Assembly: GCA_951406725.2 (NCBI GenBank)
Contig: OX597822.1
Span: 50,592,001-50,656,000 of the forward strand
Reading direction: 5' to 3'
Source: Octopus vulgaris
Taxonomy: Eukaryota
DNA: 64,000 bases
The position numbers and the translations under genes were made by a program. The notes under the pieces are model-generated. The model had not been told where the DNA came from. It worked only from the letters and a program-made list of their open reading frames with translations, and ran no database searches. Positions 1-13,297 of the stretch are shown piece by piece (within the stretch, counting starts at the first letter, position 1; every line of letters starts with the position of its first letter).

Positions 1-772
1 GCTGATGACATCGTAATCATCGCTGAAACCATGGATCAGCTTCAGACCATGCTGATTGAGCTCGACATCAAAAGCTCTGCAGTAGGTCTTAAGGTGAACC
101 GCCTGAAAACAAAGTTCATGCGGTCAGACAACGAACCAACAGGTTGAATGGTGATCAGCAGTGATGAAATAGAGGAATACGTCTATCTGGGACAGGAAGT
201 GAATATGTACCGAGATATCAAAAAGGAGATCTCACGGAGAGTAAGGGCTGAATGGAAGGCATTTAATGGCATAAGGGATGTGCTCAAGGGAAGGTTGGAC
301 AGAGCCACCCGCGCAAGCCTCATCAATAGCACAGTTCTACCTGAAATGTTATATGGTAGTGAAACATGTGCTACGACAAATAGAAAAGAACAGATTGGTA
401 ACTGCTCAAAGAGCCATGGAGAGGTCAGTGCTTGGAATCTCGTTGAGAGAGCACATCAATAGCTAGGTCATCAGAGAGAAGTCGGGCGTGAGGAGTGTCA
501 TCGTAGAATATACACGCAGCAAGTTTAGATGGGCTGCACACGTAACCCGGCTCACCGATAATCGGTGGACCCGCGCAGTTGTCGAGTGGTACCCGCGCGT
601 GTGGAAACGGCCACTCGGAAGGCCTCCATGACGGTGGAGATACGGTAACAGCAGGGCGATTGGGTTCACGTGGGTGAGAAAGATGTGATCTAGGAAAGAG
701 TGGAGAGCGTGCTGTGACCAGCGGTGTCAAATGGACGCCCGACGGACTGGTCAGTCAAGGTGATCAAAGTGA
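1..772 (+). mobile_element. RTE-clade LINE 3' end (C-terminal reverse transcriptase), decayed
   Basis: Frame 1 reads ADDIVIIAETMDQLQTML...VGLKVNRLKTKFM...EYVYLGQEV...EISRRV..WKAF...VLPEMLYGSET, later KFRWAAHVTR..DNRWT..VVEWYP; stops and frameshifts present; ends in short repeat TCAAGGTGA TCAAAGTGA. Confidence 0.9.
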
Positions 773-778
773 TATATA

Positions 779-885
779 GGCTTGAAACGTAAAATACTTT
801 TTCAAACCCTGAGCGTTATACTAATACATCTGTTTGTTTTCTACACCACCTATCTTCGTCTTTTGTCTTTTTCGTGAATTCTCCC
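779..885 (+). mobile_element. Penelope-like pseudo-LTR fragment, same family as 44865-45020
   Basis: GGCTTGAAACGTAAAA...GTTTGTTTTCTACACCACCTATCTTCGT aligns to the reverse complement of 44865-44945; the 5' half of the hammerhead is missing. Confidence 0.6.
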
Positions 886-915
886 TATATATACATATTA
901 TAAATATCTACATTC

Positions 916-968
916 CACACACATGAATACATAAAAACGAAACATTGTCGCACACACAGACACATACA

Positions 969-1019
<51 letters not shown>

Positions 1020-1226
1020 AAGCACACACACACGTAATCCAAGTAGCTTCCTCCACACATATATATACATAAAAAAGAACACGCTCGCGCACAGTCACAC
1101 ACACAAGAACAAGCAGGCACACACAGAAGATCAAGCAGGCACACACACACACAAGAACAAGCGCACGCAAAAACACAAAAACATACACACACTCACACAC
1201 TCAAGGAAAGCATGCACACACACACA
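916..1226. repeat. (CA)n-rich microsatellite
   Basis: Directly visible; source of the CVCVCV ORFs. Confidence 0.95.
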
Positions 1227-1482
1227 GACGTACACCTATTAGCTTTCTCTTCTACTTCGACACGTCAAACAGACCAATCACACAGGAAGACAGCTCCATG
1301 CCAAACTATCGCTCATTGGTTGATGACGACTGAAAATTAAGCAATAAAACACCACTGCCCCCTTACACTTTTATTCACAACGTAGGTATATATTGTCAGA
1401 CACGCAGAAGACTCGACTATACATTCTGTTGTCGGTCACTGCTAGCCTATCAGATGTATATGTACGTGTGTGTGTCTATATT

Positions 1483-2177
1483 TAGCTGCACGACATCGTG
1501 AAGTATATTTGCCACCTAAATGTGGCTAACCCGTAAGTGTTGATGCTACTGTACTTTGTAGCCCCAGGAAGACATCTCCTCCAGTTGGCTTTTGACAGAC
1601 TTTCTGTGCCCTATCAGTATTTGCAAATTCCCTAATTCGAAGCCAATCAATTGGGTATTTCTTCAGGGAGAACTTCAATTTTAGGCTAATTAGATTTCAG
1701 TAAAAATCTAAAATGGGCCCCCATTTGTATGTATGCAGTATGTATGCAACGTCACGTGCATATTCTTGATTGTTAGTTGTATTATCGTTATCACACCACT
1801 GCCACTCTATATTTGTCGCTTACACAATTTTGTTCTCGCATTTCCTAATGTCAGCCACTGCCACTATTCCACCACATTTCCCCCAAACCGACACTTTGCA
1901 ACCTTCTGATTTTATCAAATACTAGCCCATCCCAAGGATGGGGGCATTTTAGTTTTTTACTGAAATCTAATTAGCCTAAAATTGAAGTTCCCCCTGAAGA
2001 AATACTCAATTGATTGGCTTCAAATTAGGGAATTTGCAAATTCTGATAGGGCACAGAAATTGCGTCAAAACCCAACTGGAGGAGATGTCTTCCTGGGGCT
2101 ACAAGCTACAGTAGCATCCACTCTTACGGGTTATTCACATTCAGGTGGCAAATTTACTTCACGATGTCGTGCAGCTA
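1483..2177. mobile_element. Foldback/MITE-like element with about 240-bp inverted arms
   Basis: 1483-1724 (TAGCTGCACGACATCGTGAAG...) is the reverse complement of 1938-2177 (...CTTCACGATGTCGTGCAGCTA) with scattered mismatches; TA at both ends; about 210-bp spacer. Confidence 0.9.
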
Positions 2178-2202
2178 CTGTTTTTACTTCGCTCAGAGAT
2201 AC

Positions 2203-2248
<46 letters not shown>

Positions 2249-2955
2249 AACATACATATAGATAGATATAAGTACACGTACTTTTGTAACTGTGTGTATT
2301 TGCTTGCCTTATGGGATTTAAGCTGTTAGCGTTAGCAATTTTCATCTATTTTGCTAAAAACGTCTTCAAAACACACTTTATATATCCATCTGTCTATCTA
2401 TCTCTCTAAATATTCCTCAGTATATATGTATGTGTGCGTGAGTATTAATGCGTATATGTCTCTCTCAATATATATATATATATATATAAGTAATTTAAAT
2501 ATATATATATATATATATACACACATACAAATATATATATAGTATGTTTGTGTATATATATGAATATACATATGTATATATGTGTATATCTAAGTACGTG
2601 TGCGTGTATCTATATTAGAGTCGGTGATTAAATTATATTCTAATTACCATGCCATAAGCTACTTCAATTTAACGAATACTATCTTAGAAGTAACCTATTT
2701 AGCAAATCTGTTGGGGCTTTTCTTAATAGCACTATTTATAATTCCAATTATTATCCTTAAAAATTGTCGCCACCAAAATTACGTTCATATTGTCTTGTGT
2801 GTAAAGAAATAACTTACTGTTTGAAGGCCACACTTAAATGAGGTGATTCATATGCTCCTACACACGGATTCATGTATGGTGAACTATATCCTGATATACG
2901 TAAACTTGCAAATCTACATCAATGTAGACTACCAACCAAATAAGAAAATATCTGC

Positions 2956-2993
<38 letters not shown>

Positions 2994-3637
2994 TTGTAAA
3001 AAATGAAGTTCGAAAATGCTGCTGTATTATACAATTTTTAATTTTTATATATATATACACAGGCACACAGACACATACAAACGCATACACATACACACAC
3101 ATATATATATACATGTGATACACTAATTCACACCAGTCATATCTATCAATCAATATATCTATCGATATACCTAGCTATCTATCCACATATATGGGTGAGT
3201 ATACATGTACATGTATGAACATATAGTTGTAAGTATGTATGTGTGTGTATGTGTTTGTGAGTGTTTGCGTGTGTGTGTCTGTATGTGTGTGTGCATAATG
3301 AACATTTTCAGGATATATTATTGCAAGGTTTTTACGTAACTGAATTAACTTAATAGATTCAAAGTAGGTTTTATTACATAACGTGAAAATGTTTAGAAAA
3401 TACTTAGAGACTTTAAATTTTAAACATTTTGAATCTGGTAATCTCGTTTGTTTTACACATTATTCCCTTACCTTCAAAATGAAAACTGAAATTGCTTCTG
3501 CTTTTTTCCATTTTGGCCAATCTAATGATGTGTCTTCGATGTCTGAGTAATAAAACATTTAAATGGGTTTTGCGACCAAAAAATGTTGTTTTCCTTCCCC
3601 CTTCATTCCTATGACGACCTGTTTTCTGCGAGAAGAT

Positions 3638-3659
3638 GAAATCCCCTGGGGATTTCCCC
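3638..3659. promoter_or_regulatory. Palindromic pair of NF-kB/Rel-like sites
   Basis: GAAATCCCC-T-GGGGATTTC is a perfect inverted repeat; GGGGATTTCCCC fits the GGGRNNYYCC consensus. Confidence 0.35.
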
Positions 3660-4790
3660 TGCACACAGCTAAATTATGTTAGTTGTACGTCCTTTCATTT
3701 ATGTTTTTTTTCTTTTTTATTTTTTGATTAAGAGAATCTATTTATATCAGGGGCTTTATGTACACGCGTATGTAAAATGCCACATATATACTTGTGTGGA
3801 ACCTATCAAGAGTTTTTGCAAGATACCTTTGTGTTAACAAAATTTGAAAGCTGAACTACGGCAATAAAATTCGTCATCAATCAATATACGTTAGGTATCA
3901 ATATAAAGGTTTACAAAAGAGCAGCATGTTGCTATGATACTGACTTGCATAAAGAGATTAGTTTTGGGGATAATTATTAGTCTTGAGCAAATATTTTAAC
4001 TTTTCACATCCTTTGTGAGACAAAAGTGGAACACCTTTCACACACACACACACACACCCACACACACGCACACGTAGATACATGCATACGCACACACATA
4101 CAAACACACGAACACATATATACAAATACTCTCTCTTGAAAATAAATACACACATGCACATATAAATGCTGATACGGGCAAAAGAACGCTCACATGCATA
4201 CATATTATATACTGCATTAAATGTTTATTACTGAATTAGTTCGCTGTTTTAGAAAGATATTAAAAATTGTATACTAATATGCTTGTAGGTAACTAATGTC
4301 TTGTGCTGTAAAAAAATATAAAATAAATAGCATTTAAAATTTTAGATTTATATTGTTCGATATCGATCGATGTATTAATATTGGCTATACCTAAAGTGAT
4401 ATTGCAGCGTATATGCTACAATACATATATGTTCTAAGTGAACTTAACAACATTGTAGGACAATTTATCACTTTGATATACTGAGTCTCTGCACACATGC
4501 GAATAATTTTGTTTGTCTGGTAACTGACACATAAGGTACTATGGCTCTGAAGTTCCCATGCTGAAATAAAATTACACGTTCGCACATTGAGTACAGTCAG
4601 TTGAGTACAGCTTTCTGTTACATATACATGCACATATAATCAGATACATCGGTATACAGTTATATAATGATAAACGTATATATAAATGAGTGAATGTCCG
4701 TGTATTTGTGGAACAAAGTATGTGGTTGTCTGAGTATGTATATCTGTTTACTTTAGATGTTAAAGAGAAGTAGGCATTGGTATTCTTTAT

Positions 4791-5540
4791 ATTGATTAAC
4801 GTATTTCGATATATGCTTTTCAGCCAATTGTAACGGTGTGTCTTCCACGGGGTCGTTCTTAGTAGGCATTCGTATTGTTATCTTTGTGATGAAGTGTTCG
4901 TTGCCGAAATCTTTTACTGTCAGTTTAAAATTTGTTTTCCGTGGCCTGCGGACATGATGTAATATCTTATTTGTGAAAAATACTAAGACATCATACTGTG
5001 ATAAAATCAGAACATAAACTTTTTGTAAAACCGATATATAAGTTCGTTTAATGAGACATGGCTCAATACTTATGAACTCCCTTGTATTAAGAATAATAAG
5101 GATGTATATCGAATAACAATACAGGTTCTACTAAAAATATAAAAATATAAAAAAAATGAAATATGGTATCTTTCAAAAACTTAAGAAATTTTACGACAGA
5201 CAGGATAAAATGTTTCATAATCTTTTTGTTCGCAGCGGATTGGACGTAATCCTTACTGTATAATAATTTATAGAGTTGAGAGAATAGTAGCCTGTTCTTG
5301 AAGTGGCTATTCTGAAGGCATTAATTGAGTTGTCTTTACAGAATAATTGCTAAGTAAGAAAGAGGGATCGTTAGATTGATCTGTGTATTGCCGCATAGCA
5401 GATTGAACCAAATATTAATTATTCTCCCTTCTGCTGTATTTGTTGAAGTTTTTCGATATAAACTGAACCTGGATTTGATTGAGTTATGAAGTTCGCGATT
5501 CAATGTATTTTCATCGCCCGAAAGGCTTCGATTAAGCAAA
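4791..5540 (-). mobile_element. Heavily decayed Penelope-like remnant
   Basis: Minus strand RSLSGDENTLN...RIINIWFN...TVRITS...ILNTREFIS resembles the Penelope linker (RNIIWFNPP...NTVKISYS) and C-terminus (LNKRSE); degenerate CTGAAAAG...CGAAATACGTT motif downstream. Confidence 0.4.
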
Positions 5541-6750
5541 CTTTAGTAGGACTGTGTATATTACGAGATTACAAACGGAAGTGCTACACACATAGCTACG
5601 CAATGTATATGTGTGAGTGGCTGCATTTGTGAGAATGTGCATTTCTGTGTGTTTTCGTGGGTGAGGTATGTATATATGTGTGTTAATTTATGTATACATA
5701 CAAATATATGCATGCATATACACACACATACACGCACACACATACGTATATATCATATATTTCATGGAGACAGCAATTAGTGGCCACCAATTATAGAATA
5801 TGACGGGTAATTTAATGTAAAGTCATTTAAAGCAAAGCATTGTTCTTTATAGATATCTCAAATTAATGTTTCGTTTGTTATGTGTTCATTACGATGTGTT
5901 TCTAGAGTAATCTAAAATGTCTTTTTAAAGATCAATGATGTATATTTCATGTATTTAATGGAATGCGTCCATTTTTAGAAATATGTCGCCTGTAGAAAGA
6001 CAATTCATTTAGCATTTAAATGATCTAGTTATATTTAGCGTTTGTATTTTTATAATATTACCACAACATTAGTGAATGCTATTTATGATATTTCTATCAG
6101 TTTTCAACAGGTACCATCCTTTTGAAAAGCATGCGAAAATGTTTATTGATGTAAATTCAAGGATTCGTTTTTTCCGTTTTTCCAAATTATTATTATAACA
6201 ACTTGGAATAAATTTGTAAATGAATGTTCTGTTGAAAGCTTTATGATTCCTGATATAATTCATTAACAGAATAATTTACATTATTTTGATTTTCGATTGT
6301 TGCTCTACTATTTTAAATCAAATAAAAATAAAGAGTCAAGAGAAAATATGGAGAATAATGAAAAGGTTCCATGCACATATACATGCAATAAAATATGATT
6401 CCGAACACAAAATATGCTGCAAGTAGATGCGCCTTCACCTTGAATACATTTGTCCGCTGCAGTCTCATAAAAGGAACAACGCATAAAAACTGAAGCGCCT
6501 CAAAGATCAATGTATAAAAAATGAAGCGCCTCAAAGGCGACACGAGAGGACATGATTACTGGATCAGCTGCAGAAGTTCAAACTATATTTAAACTGTTCA
6601 AATATTTCAACTGTTCCTGGACAAATTCCTCTAAGAAATCCCAAAGAAATGACATACACCTAGATGCACCGCTACAAAAAATAACACTTTACTCGAATGA
6701 GAAATGGTTCCCAAAAATTAGTGTAGCATATGGCATTAAATATCTTCACT

Positions 6751-7580
6751 AGGTGGCTTTCATAAGTTAGTCATTTTCTGCACCATTATTATTCGTAATG
6801 TTCTGCAGGTACTTGATAACACCGTGCTGTTAAATTTCGAACGTTTTCAAGAGAGGCCACTAATAGCTAGTTTTGAGGTACCGTTTTAGCAGTCAAATAT
6901 CAGTTTACATGAAAAAAAAAGGCAGTTTTAATAAGNNNNNNNNNNNNNNNNNNNNNNNNNNNNNNNNNNNNNNNNNNNNNNNNNNNNNNNNNNNNNNNNN
7001 NNNNNNNNNNNNNNNNNNNNNNNNNNNNNNNNNNNGCTGTGCCTTGCCGGGAGATAGCAGAATCCGTCGTTAGCGTAGTGGAGACGAGTTCGTGCACATG
7101 TCCGCGCTCGGACATAATTCTACTTACAATGCATAAGCACAAAAGCAAAGGAGCTAGCTACGCGTCTTAAGGCAGAGGATCATGTGGACCGCATCGCCAG
7201 GCTTTCCAGACGAAACCAGCACTGCTATCACTTATGGGTGGAAAAATAATGACGATGTTACATTCACTATTCACTTGATTGAACTAAGAACCATGGCAGA
7301 ACAATACGAAGCACTTAAAATGTTCCAATATAAAAGTGAGTGTGCAGAAACTTGTACATGCAAGTCAGCCCTTTTTCTACATACATTTGTGCCTGTCCAT
7401 ACATTTGATTCATGATAAAACCCGTATAACCTGAATTAGTGAAGAAGTTAGTAGAAAAATCCTTCAAAAGGTAAATATAATGTTATTTGTGTAAAATATT
7501 GCATAAAAAATAAAGTTTATTATAATAAAACTTATTTCCTGTTCATCGCGAATATTAATTTTTAACGCTGGACTCCACCT
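6751..7580. mobile_element. Possible DNA-transposon remnant with AGGTGG...CCACCT ends (Kolobok-like?)
   Basis: Only 6 bp of inverted end and a GC-richer interior; spans the N gap, so the two sides may be unrelated. Confidence 0.25.
6936..7035. other. Assembly gap (100 N)
   Basis: Run of N. Confidence 1.
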
Positions 7581-8816
7581 TTGATTCTCGGCGCCATTTT
7601 CAATTTCATCTTGTCAATCATGCATATCTTAAAGAGCATGTTTTAATTTATATGTGTGCCAGACTGCATATTTGTATCACCTTTTTTTTCAACTAAGTTT
7701 TCACTATATAAACATTTGTCGAAACCGATATCGTTGAAATTATCTTTTTTTTTTTCTCACGATATGCAACAAACAGTTTTCGGGTATTTGCTGGGATATT
7801 TTTCTTTACTTGGTGTTTTTCAAGTACACCCTGTTAAATTTGTTAAACTTTGCCGTATATATATATATCACTGATGAAGTTAGATTATTCGGCAAATATA
7901 TGACGACAGAAGGCGAAGGAACACAGTTGCTACAATGTGTTTTATAAAAATCAAATCTGACAGATTTACGATCTATATATTTTAATACGTGTGTATGTCC
8001 GTGTGCATGTGTATGTGTATCTGTGTGTGTGTGTGTGTGTGTGTATGTTTGTATGTATCTGTGTGAGGATATATAATTTGAAGTTTTTGATTGTCGGTTT
8101 TATAAATTTATGGTCTTTTATGAAACTTTCATTATATTGCGTATGTAATGTTTTAGAATTAACAACAAAATAACAGCAATATAAACTTTATATGCATCAA
8201 CAGTGACTTCTAAAGGCACTTAAAATATGACAAACACAGAGTGTGTGTGCGTGTATGTGTTTCTGTATGTGTATGTATGTATGTGTGAGAGTGTGAGTAT
8301 GTGTGTGTGTGTGTCAGTGTGTGTGCGTCTGTGTTTGTGATACTACATAAACATTATCTACAAAATGATACTTTAAATTTTAAATTTCCATGTTTTAATT
8401 TGTACTTGTTTTCATGTAAATGCTGTTTGATTGATAATCGTTTACTCATACTTGAAACATTAAATTGTTTGTGACATGTCTACTTGAATATATTTAATTC
8501 AACTTTTTGATCAGTTCCATGCAGCTTTCAGTATTTACCTGATTATATTGTCAGTCATGTAGTGTGTGTAAATTCAAAATTTAATCCTCTTATTTTCTAA
8601 AAGTTAATTGAATGAATTGAAAACTTTTTGTTCCAAAGACCAACAAATGACACGTTTCTGTGTCTTCGAGCAACACTTTTAAATGTGAACCCGATGAATA
8701 AATTACTCGCCAGATAGCAAAACATGCACTACTTAAGTAATGCCATACATATGTATCCTATTTCAGTCATTCTATGAAGTTTTAAGTGTAAAATAATCGT
8801 CTTCTAAAGTCCAAAC

Positions 8817-9030
8817 TATTGGATTGTCCCGCAAGTTCGTGCCGATTTATTGTAGCTTAATTTCGACTTATTTTAGAATATGGTAGAGTCCATAAAATAG
8901 GATTTGACTACACCTCCATTTAGAGCAGAGTTTAAATTATCTTTTCGTGGAAGAAGGTTTATGTCCCAATAACCTGTGTTAATTCTGTAACCCTTTAAAA
9001 TGGAAGATAAGAAAGTTCATTTTCAGCACT
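8817..9030 (+). mobile_element. Mariner 5' end (TIR plus transposase start)
   Basis: TA-TTGGATTGTCCCGCAAGTTCGTG mariner-type TIR; ATG at 9000 gives [10 protein letters not shown], a typical mariner N-terminus; truncated. Confidence 0.8.
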
Positions 9031-9060
9031 TTAACAACTGGGCCATATATCCTCACTGTA

Positions 9061-9491
<431 letters not shown>

Positions 9492-10671
9492 ATCAGCAAT
9501 CCAGCTGATATAGCAAGGAAATTATTTAGTTTAATACATTACAATTTTGCAGAACGACATAAGTTGTTGGAAGTGTGTTAAGGATCGTATTTAACCTTGT
9601 ACTAGTTTTGGATGTTAAACAAGACTTTATAATATGGTAAAGGTGAATGGTTGAGGCAAGCAGCTGGTCAACAAAGTTTAGGTAATTTCCAAATTCGTGA
9701 GGAATGCCGACTAGATTGTAACTGTCTGGAAAAGTATATTATATATAGAACCAAATAAGAGACAAAGGGAGGGATGCTTCTAAAATATATACTGGGGAAA
9801 TTAAAGCAACTTTAAAAAAACCTTTTTTAAAAAGATAAAGTATCATTTTTCTGTCCTGATAGAAAATATGCTATGGCTTTATCGAAATTTATATATGACT
9901 TGCGTGAGACAAGAATTCAAAATTTCCTATTTGACAACAGATAAGTAGTAAACACACAGGAAAAGTAGCTTCAAATTTAAAATGGAGTGGACCCCTGTTT
10001 TGAGCGAAAACTTTAATAATTTGACTCACAGTGGAATCAGCTAGAATAAAAGGAAGATATTGATAGCCCCATGAGTGCACAGAGGTAAGTATAGTTTATG
10101 TAAATTCTACCCTCGTTGAATTTCGCTCTGCTTCGAATAAAACGGTGTTTTCAAAATGTTTAGTTAATATATTTTAATTAAGAAATGCGTAATATCTGTG
10201 TCCCTGTGCATGTATACTTATATGCAAATGCCTGTGATTGTATGCATGAATGCGTATATAATCGCGTTGATATAGATGCATAGAAGTGAGCATATACATT
10301 TATATATACCTCTAAACATGCGCACACAAAATGCACATGCGCACATATACTTTCCTTTTTAATTAATAATTTTAATTAATGTTCTAAAAAGCGGAGTATA
10401 CCTGAAAGCACGAATTAAGCAACAACGAAATTACATAAGGAAAGCTATTAAAGTGACTTTCTTCGGATAAAGTTTAAGACGTTTAGAATATTTCCACGAC
10501 AACCATTAATGAAAAACGTGATCTTGAAACGGCGAGTGATTATTTTTTTTTTTTATTTTACTCATGTCACTCGTAAGGGTTTATTTTAACCGAAAGAGCA
10601 TAAAGATAAGCATTCTATTTAAAATCCCATTTCATATTTCAAAACGCGCTTCAATAGTGAATATTTCTCAT

Positions 10672-13054
10672 GAAAAACAAAGTCGGTTTGCCTGATCGGT
10701 GTGCTGGAAAACGGACCTTTTTACATATAATGTATTAAAGCAAGCACTACGCTTGTACTGAGTCCTTCAATCTATTGCTTTTGGTGAATAAACAGAAATT
10801 TCCATAAACAAACACACACATATATTCCGCTCAATAAATATCAGTTAATGTTTAGAGGATTTAAATCCGAGCTTCTATTAGTTTCATACTTCTGAAAATA
10901 CAATGGTCAAACAAGCCTGTGTAGCATACCGTGTATCTCCAAGAAATATTCAGTTTTATAGATCAAAGAGGTGAGCCTTTTAGTACCGAATAACCTCATA
11001 TCTGTTTTAGATATAAAACCTCTCATGACGAACTGAAATATACATCATAAATTTTCGCTACCCGTAAGCATCCGAATAAGCTTCTACAATTGGATTGATA
11101 AACAACACTACTCTGTACTAAACATACGGTTTCACAAACTCTAATCTATCTCCGTTGAGTTAAATATACTAACTATATTAATTACGATACTAACGAGCCA
11201 AAGGGCCGCAACTTTTGTTTCTTCTTTTTTTTTCGCCCCTTTTCTCGCTCGTACATCCATGTACTTTCTCGCTTTTTGTCAAAGAACACTCATATTGCGT
11301 TTTAATTCTGAATGATTGCCTAAAAATACACAGCACACTATATAAACTTGTTCGTACATTGTATTTTCAGTGGCATGGAACTAATAGTAACTCGCATTTA
11401 AATCTAGTGTGTATAAATAATGAATGAGAAGTGTCACAGCTCGATATGATTGGTTATTGATATGTAATGGAGGAATTGTTGGGCTTTGTTCTCTATGTCG
11501 AATAGCTTCCAGCATCTGTTGGTTGACTATTAGTTTTTTAAATCGGGACTGCTTACCGTCTATGAATGTGGTGGAAGTTGCGTGTATGGCTTTTGTAACG
11601 TTGTCCACGTCGCAATTTTCTCAATCCAAACACTCACCCAGAAACAAGTATATAATCAAAATTTACTGCAGAAAAAATTTCTTAGTGCCCTACTATATGA
11701 AGTGCATTAGGAAATACAAACTTCTTTTAACTCAATGAACAAATATCTTTAAATAAATAACACTTATATTCTCGAGAAAAGAAAGGTCGGATTGCCAGAT
11801 CGGAAACTACTAATTCGGTGTGCTGGGAACCGGACACTTTTAGTTATGATGCATTAAAGCAAGCTGTACACTTGTACTGAGTTCTTCAATTTATCAATGG
11901 TAATAGTAGTGGTAATTGCCGTATTTAGCACTAGCTGAAACTGAATACGCATTGAGATATTTAGTCTAAGGAACAGTGGAATGCTACAGTTCAAAAAATA
12001 AAATAAAAATGGACTCTCAGAGTTGAAACGTCTTTCATCATACGTTTACTAAAGCATGGCTGATCTGGACTTTAAAAATAACTGGATTACTTTTATCTTC
12101 TGCAAATTCATTGTGATGAAAATTTTGTAACATATCCTTTTTAAAACGTTCTCATTCCATTCACTTAACAATATTACTTGCTATCGTTTTATATTTTACT
12201 ATTCATGTATTTAGACTTAATATTATTTCTCTCCTATACACTTGTCGAATTTACTGGTGTTGACTACCAAAATTGCAATTTGGATCAATCAATATTCCGA
12301 TTATCTCTATAATAATAATTTGGTTGTAAACATTTTATGTTCAGTCTTCACTTACTAATAAGCCTGCCAAAAACTTGTTAAATTATCACTTTCTACCATT
12401 ATTGGTTCCTGTTTCCTTTATCAAAATTTCGATCTATATATTTTTTATTTTACCTTTACTTTATATTTATACTTTCCAGCAGTGAAAAACATTACTATAT
12501 TCTTAAGTGAAATTCATTATAGTCTAAAAAGGTTCTATTTTCCTAAGAATATTTTGGTGCATTTAGATACTTTTATTTTAAACATTTATTCATAAATTTG
12601 GGCCTTTCGAGATTTTTAAAATCCATTTTAGTATGCTTAGTATTAATGTGATTACTCTACCTGCCATCTTTGTTTTTTGCAGTATGACATTTTAAAAAAT
12701 TAAACAAATTGCTTTCTTTTTTACTTATCTGTAGTTCTTTAGTCTAGAGGCTATATTAGCATATTTTTACATATTAATTTTTTTGGGGGGGCGTGTGTTA
12801 CTGTTTGTAACATGTTTCATTATTTTATGTTGTCGGTGTCATGATTTTTACAATTCAAACACCCACCATGAAACAAACGTCTAATCAAGTCTTTAATACC
12901 TTTAAGCTTGAAGAAAACAAATTAAAAATTTTTCTGCAAAAAATTACTAATTCCCCTACTATATAAAGCGCATTACGAAATGCAAACTTCTTTTAACACA
13001 ATGAATAAATCTCTTTTAAATAAAAATAAATAACACACTTCACGTTCCGATAAA
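10672..13054 (+). repeat. Local mosaic of two diverged direct-repeat modules
   Basis: 10672-10772 resembles 11775-11890 (TCGGTGTGCTGG...ATTAAAGCAAGC...CTTGTACTGAGT); 11658-11780 resembles 12926-13054 (CCCTACTATAT...GCATTA.GAAAT.CAAACTTCTTTTAAC). Confidence 0.75.
11430..11610 (-). mobile_element. Possible LINE (CR1/L2/Jockey-like) RT C-terminal fragment
   Basis: IPPLHINNQSYRAV resembles the P.L.I....IE.V segment preceding KYLG; weak. Confidence 0.3.
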
Positions 13055-13297
13055 AATCATAGGCAAACCAAAATATATAACAGTCAGAAACTCCTTTCCA
13101 AATAAATTCAACCAAAATAAACATTACATTATAGAAGATAACTCACTCTCCAGTGACTGACTAGAAACCGCAACCACGCTAAATCATACGAAGAAACACA
13201 TTTATCTTATTATTAGGTAACACTTATAATTGTATTTAAGGTTTCGTGTACCAGAGTAATTCATATGATCATTCTAATATTCCGACTTTTTTAAAAA

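Noticed and set aside
898-1200. Cys/Val-rich ORFs (also at 21.0-21.5 kb and 33.6-34.4 kb)
   Set aside because: Translations of TG/TA repeats.
6490-6536. Short direct repeats resembling CRISPR units (also 26631-26676 and 45938-45996)
   Set aside because: Only two copies each, eukaryotic context and no cas genes; simple slippage duplications.
9863-10084. Plus-strand exon candidate with AG|GTAAGT donor
   Set aside because: Stops in all frames with either acceptor, and no supporting neighbouring exons.
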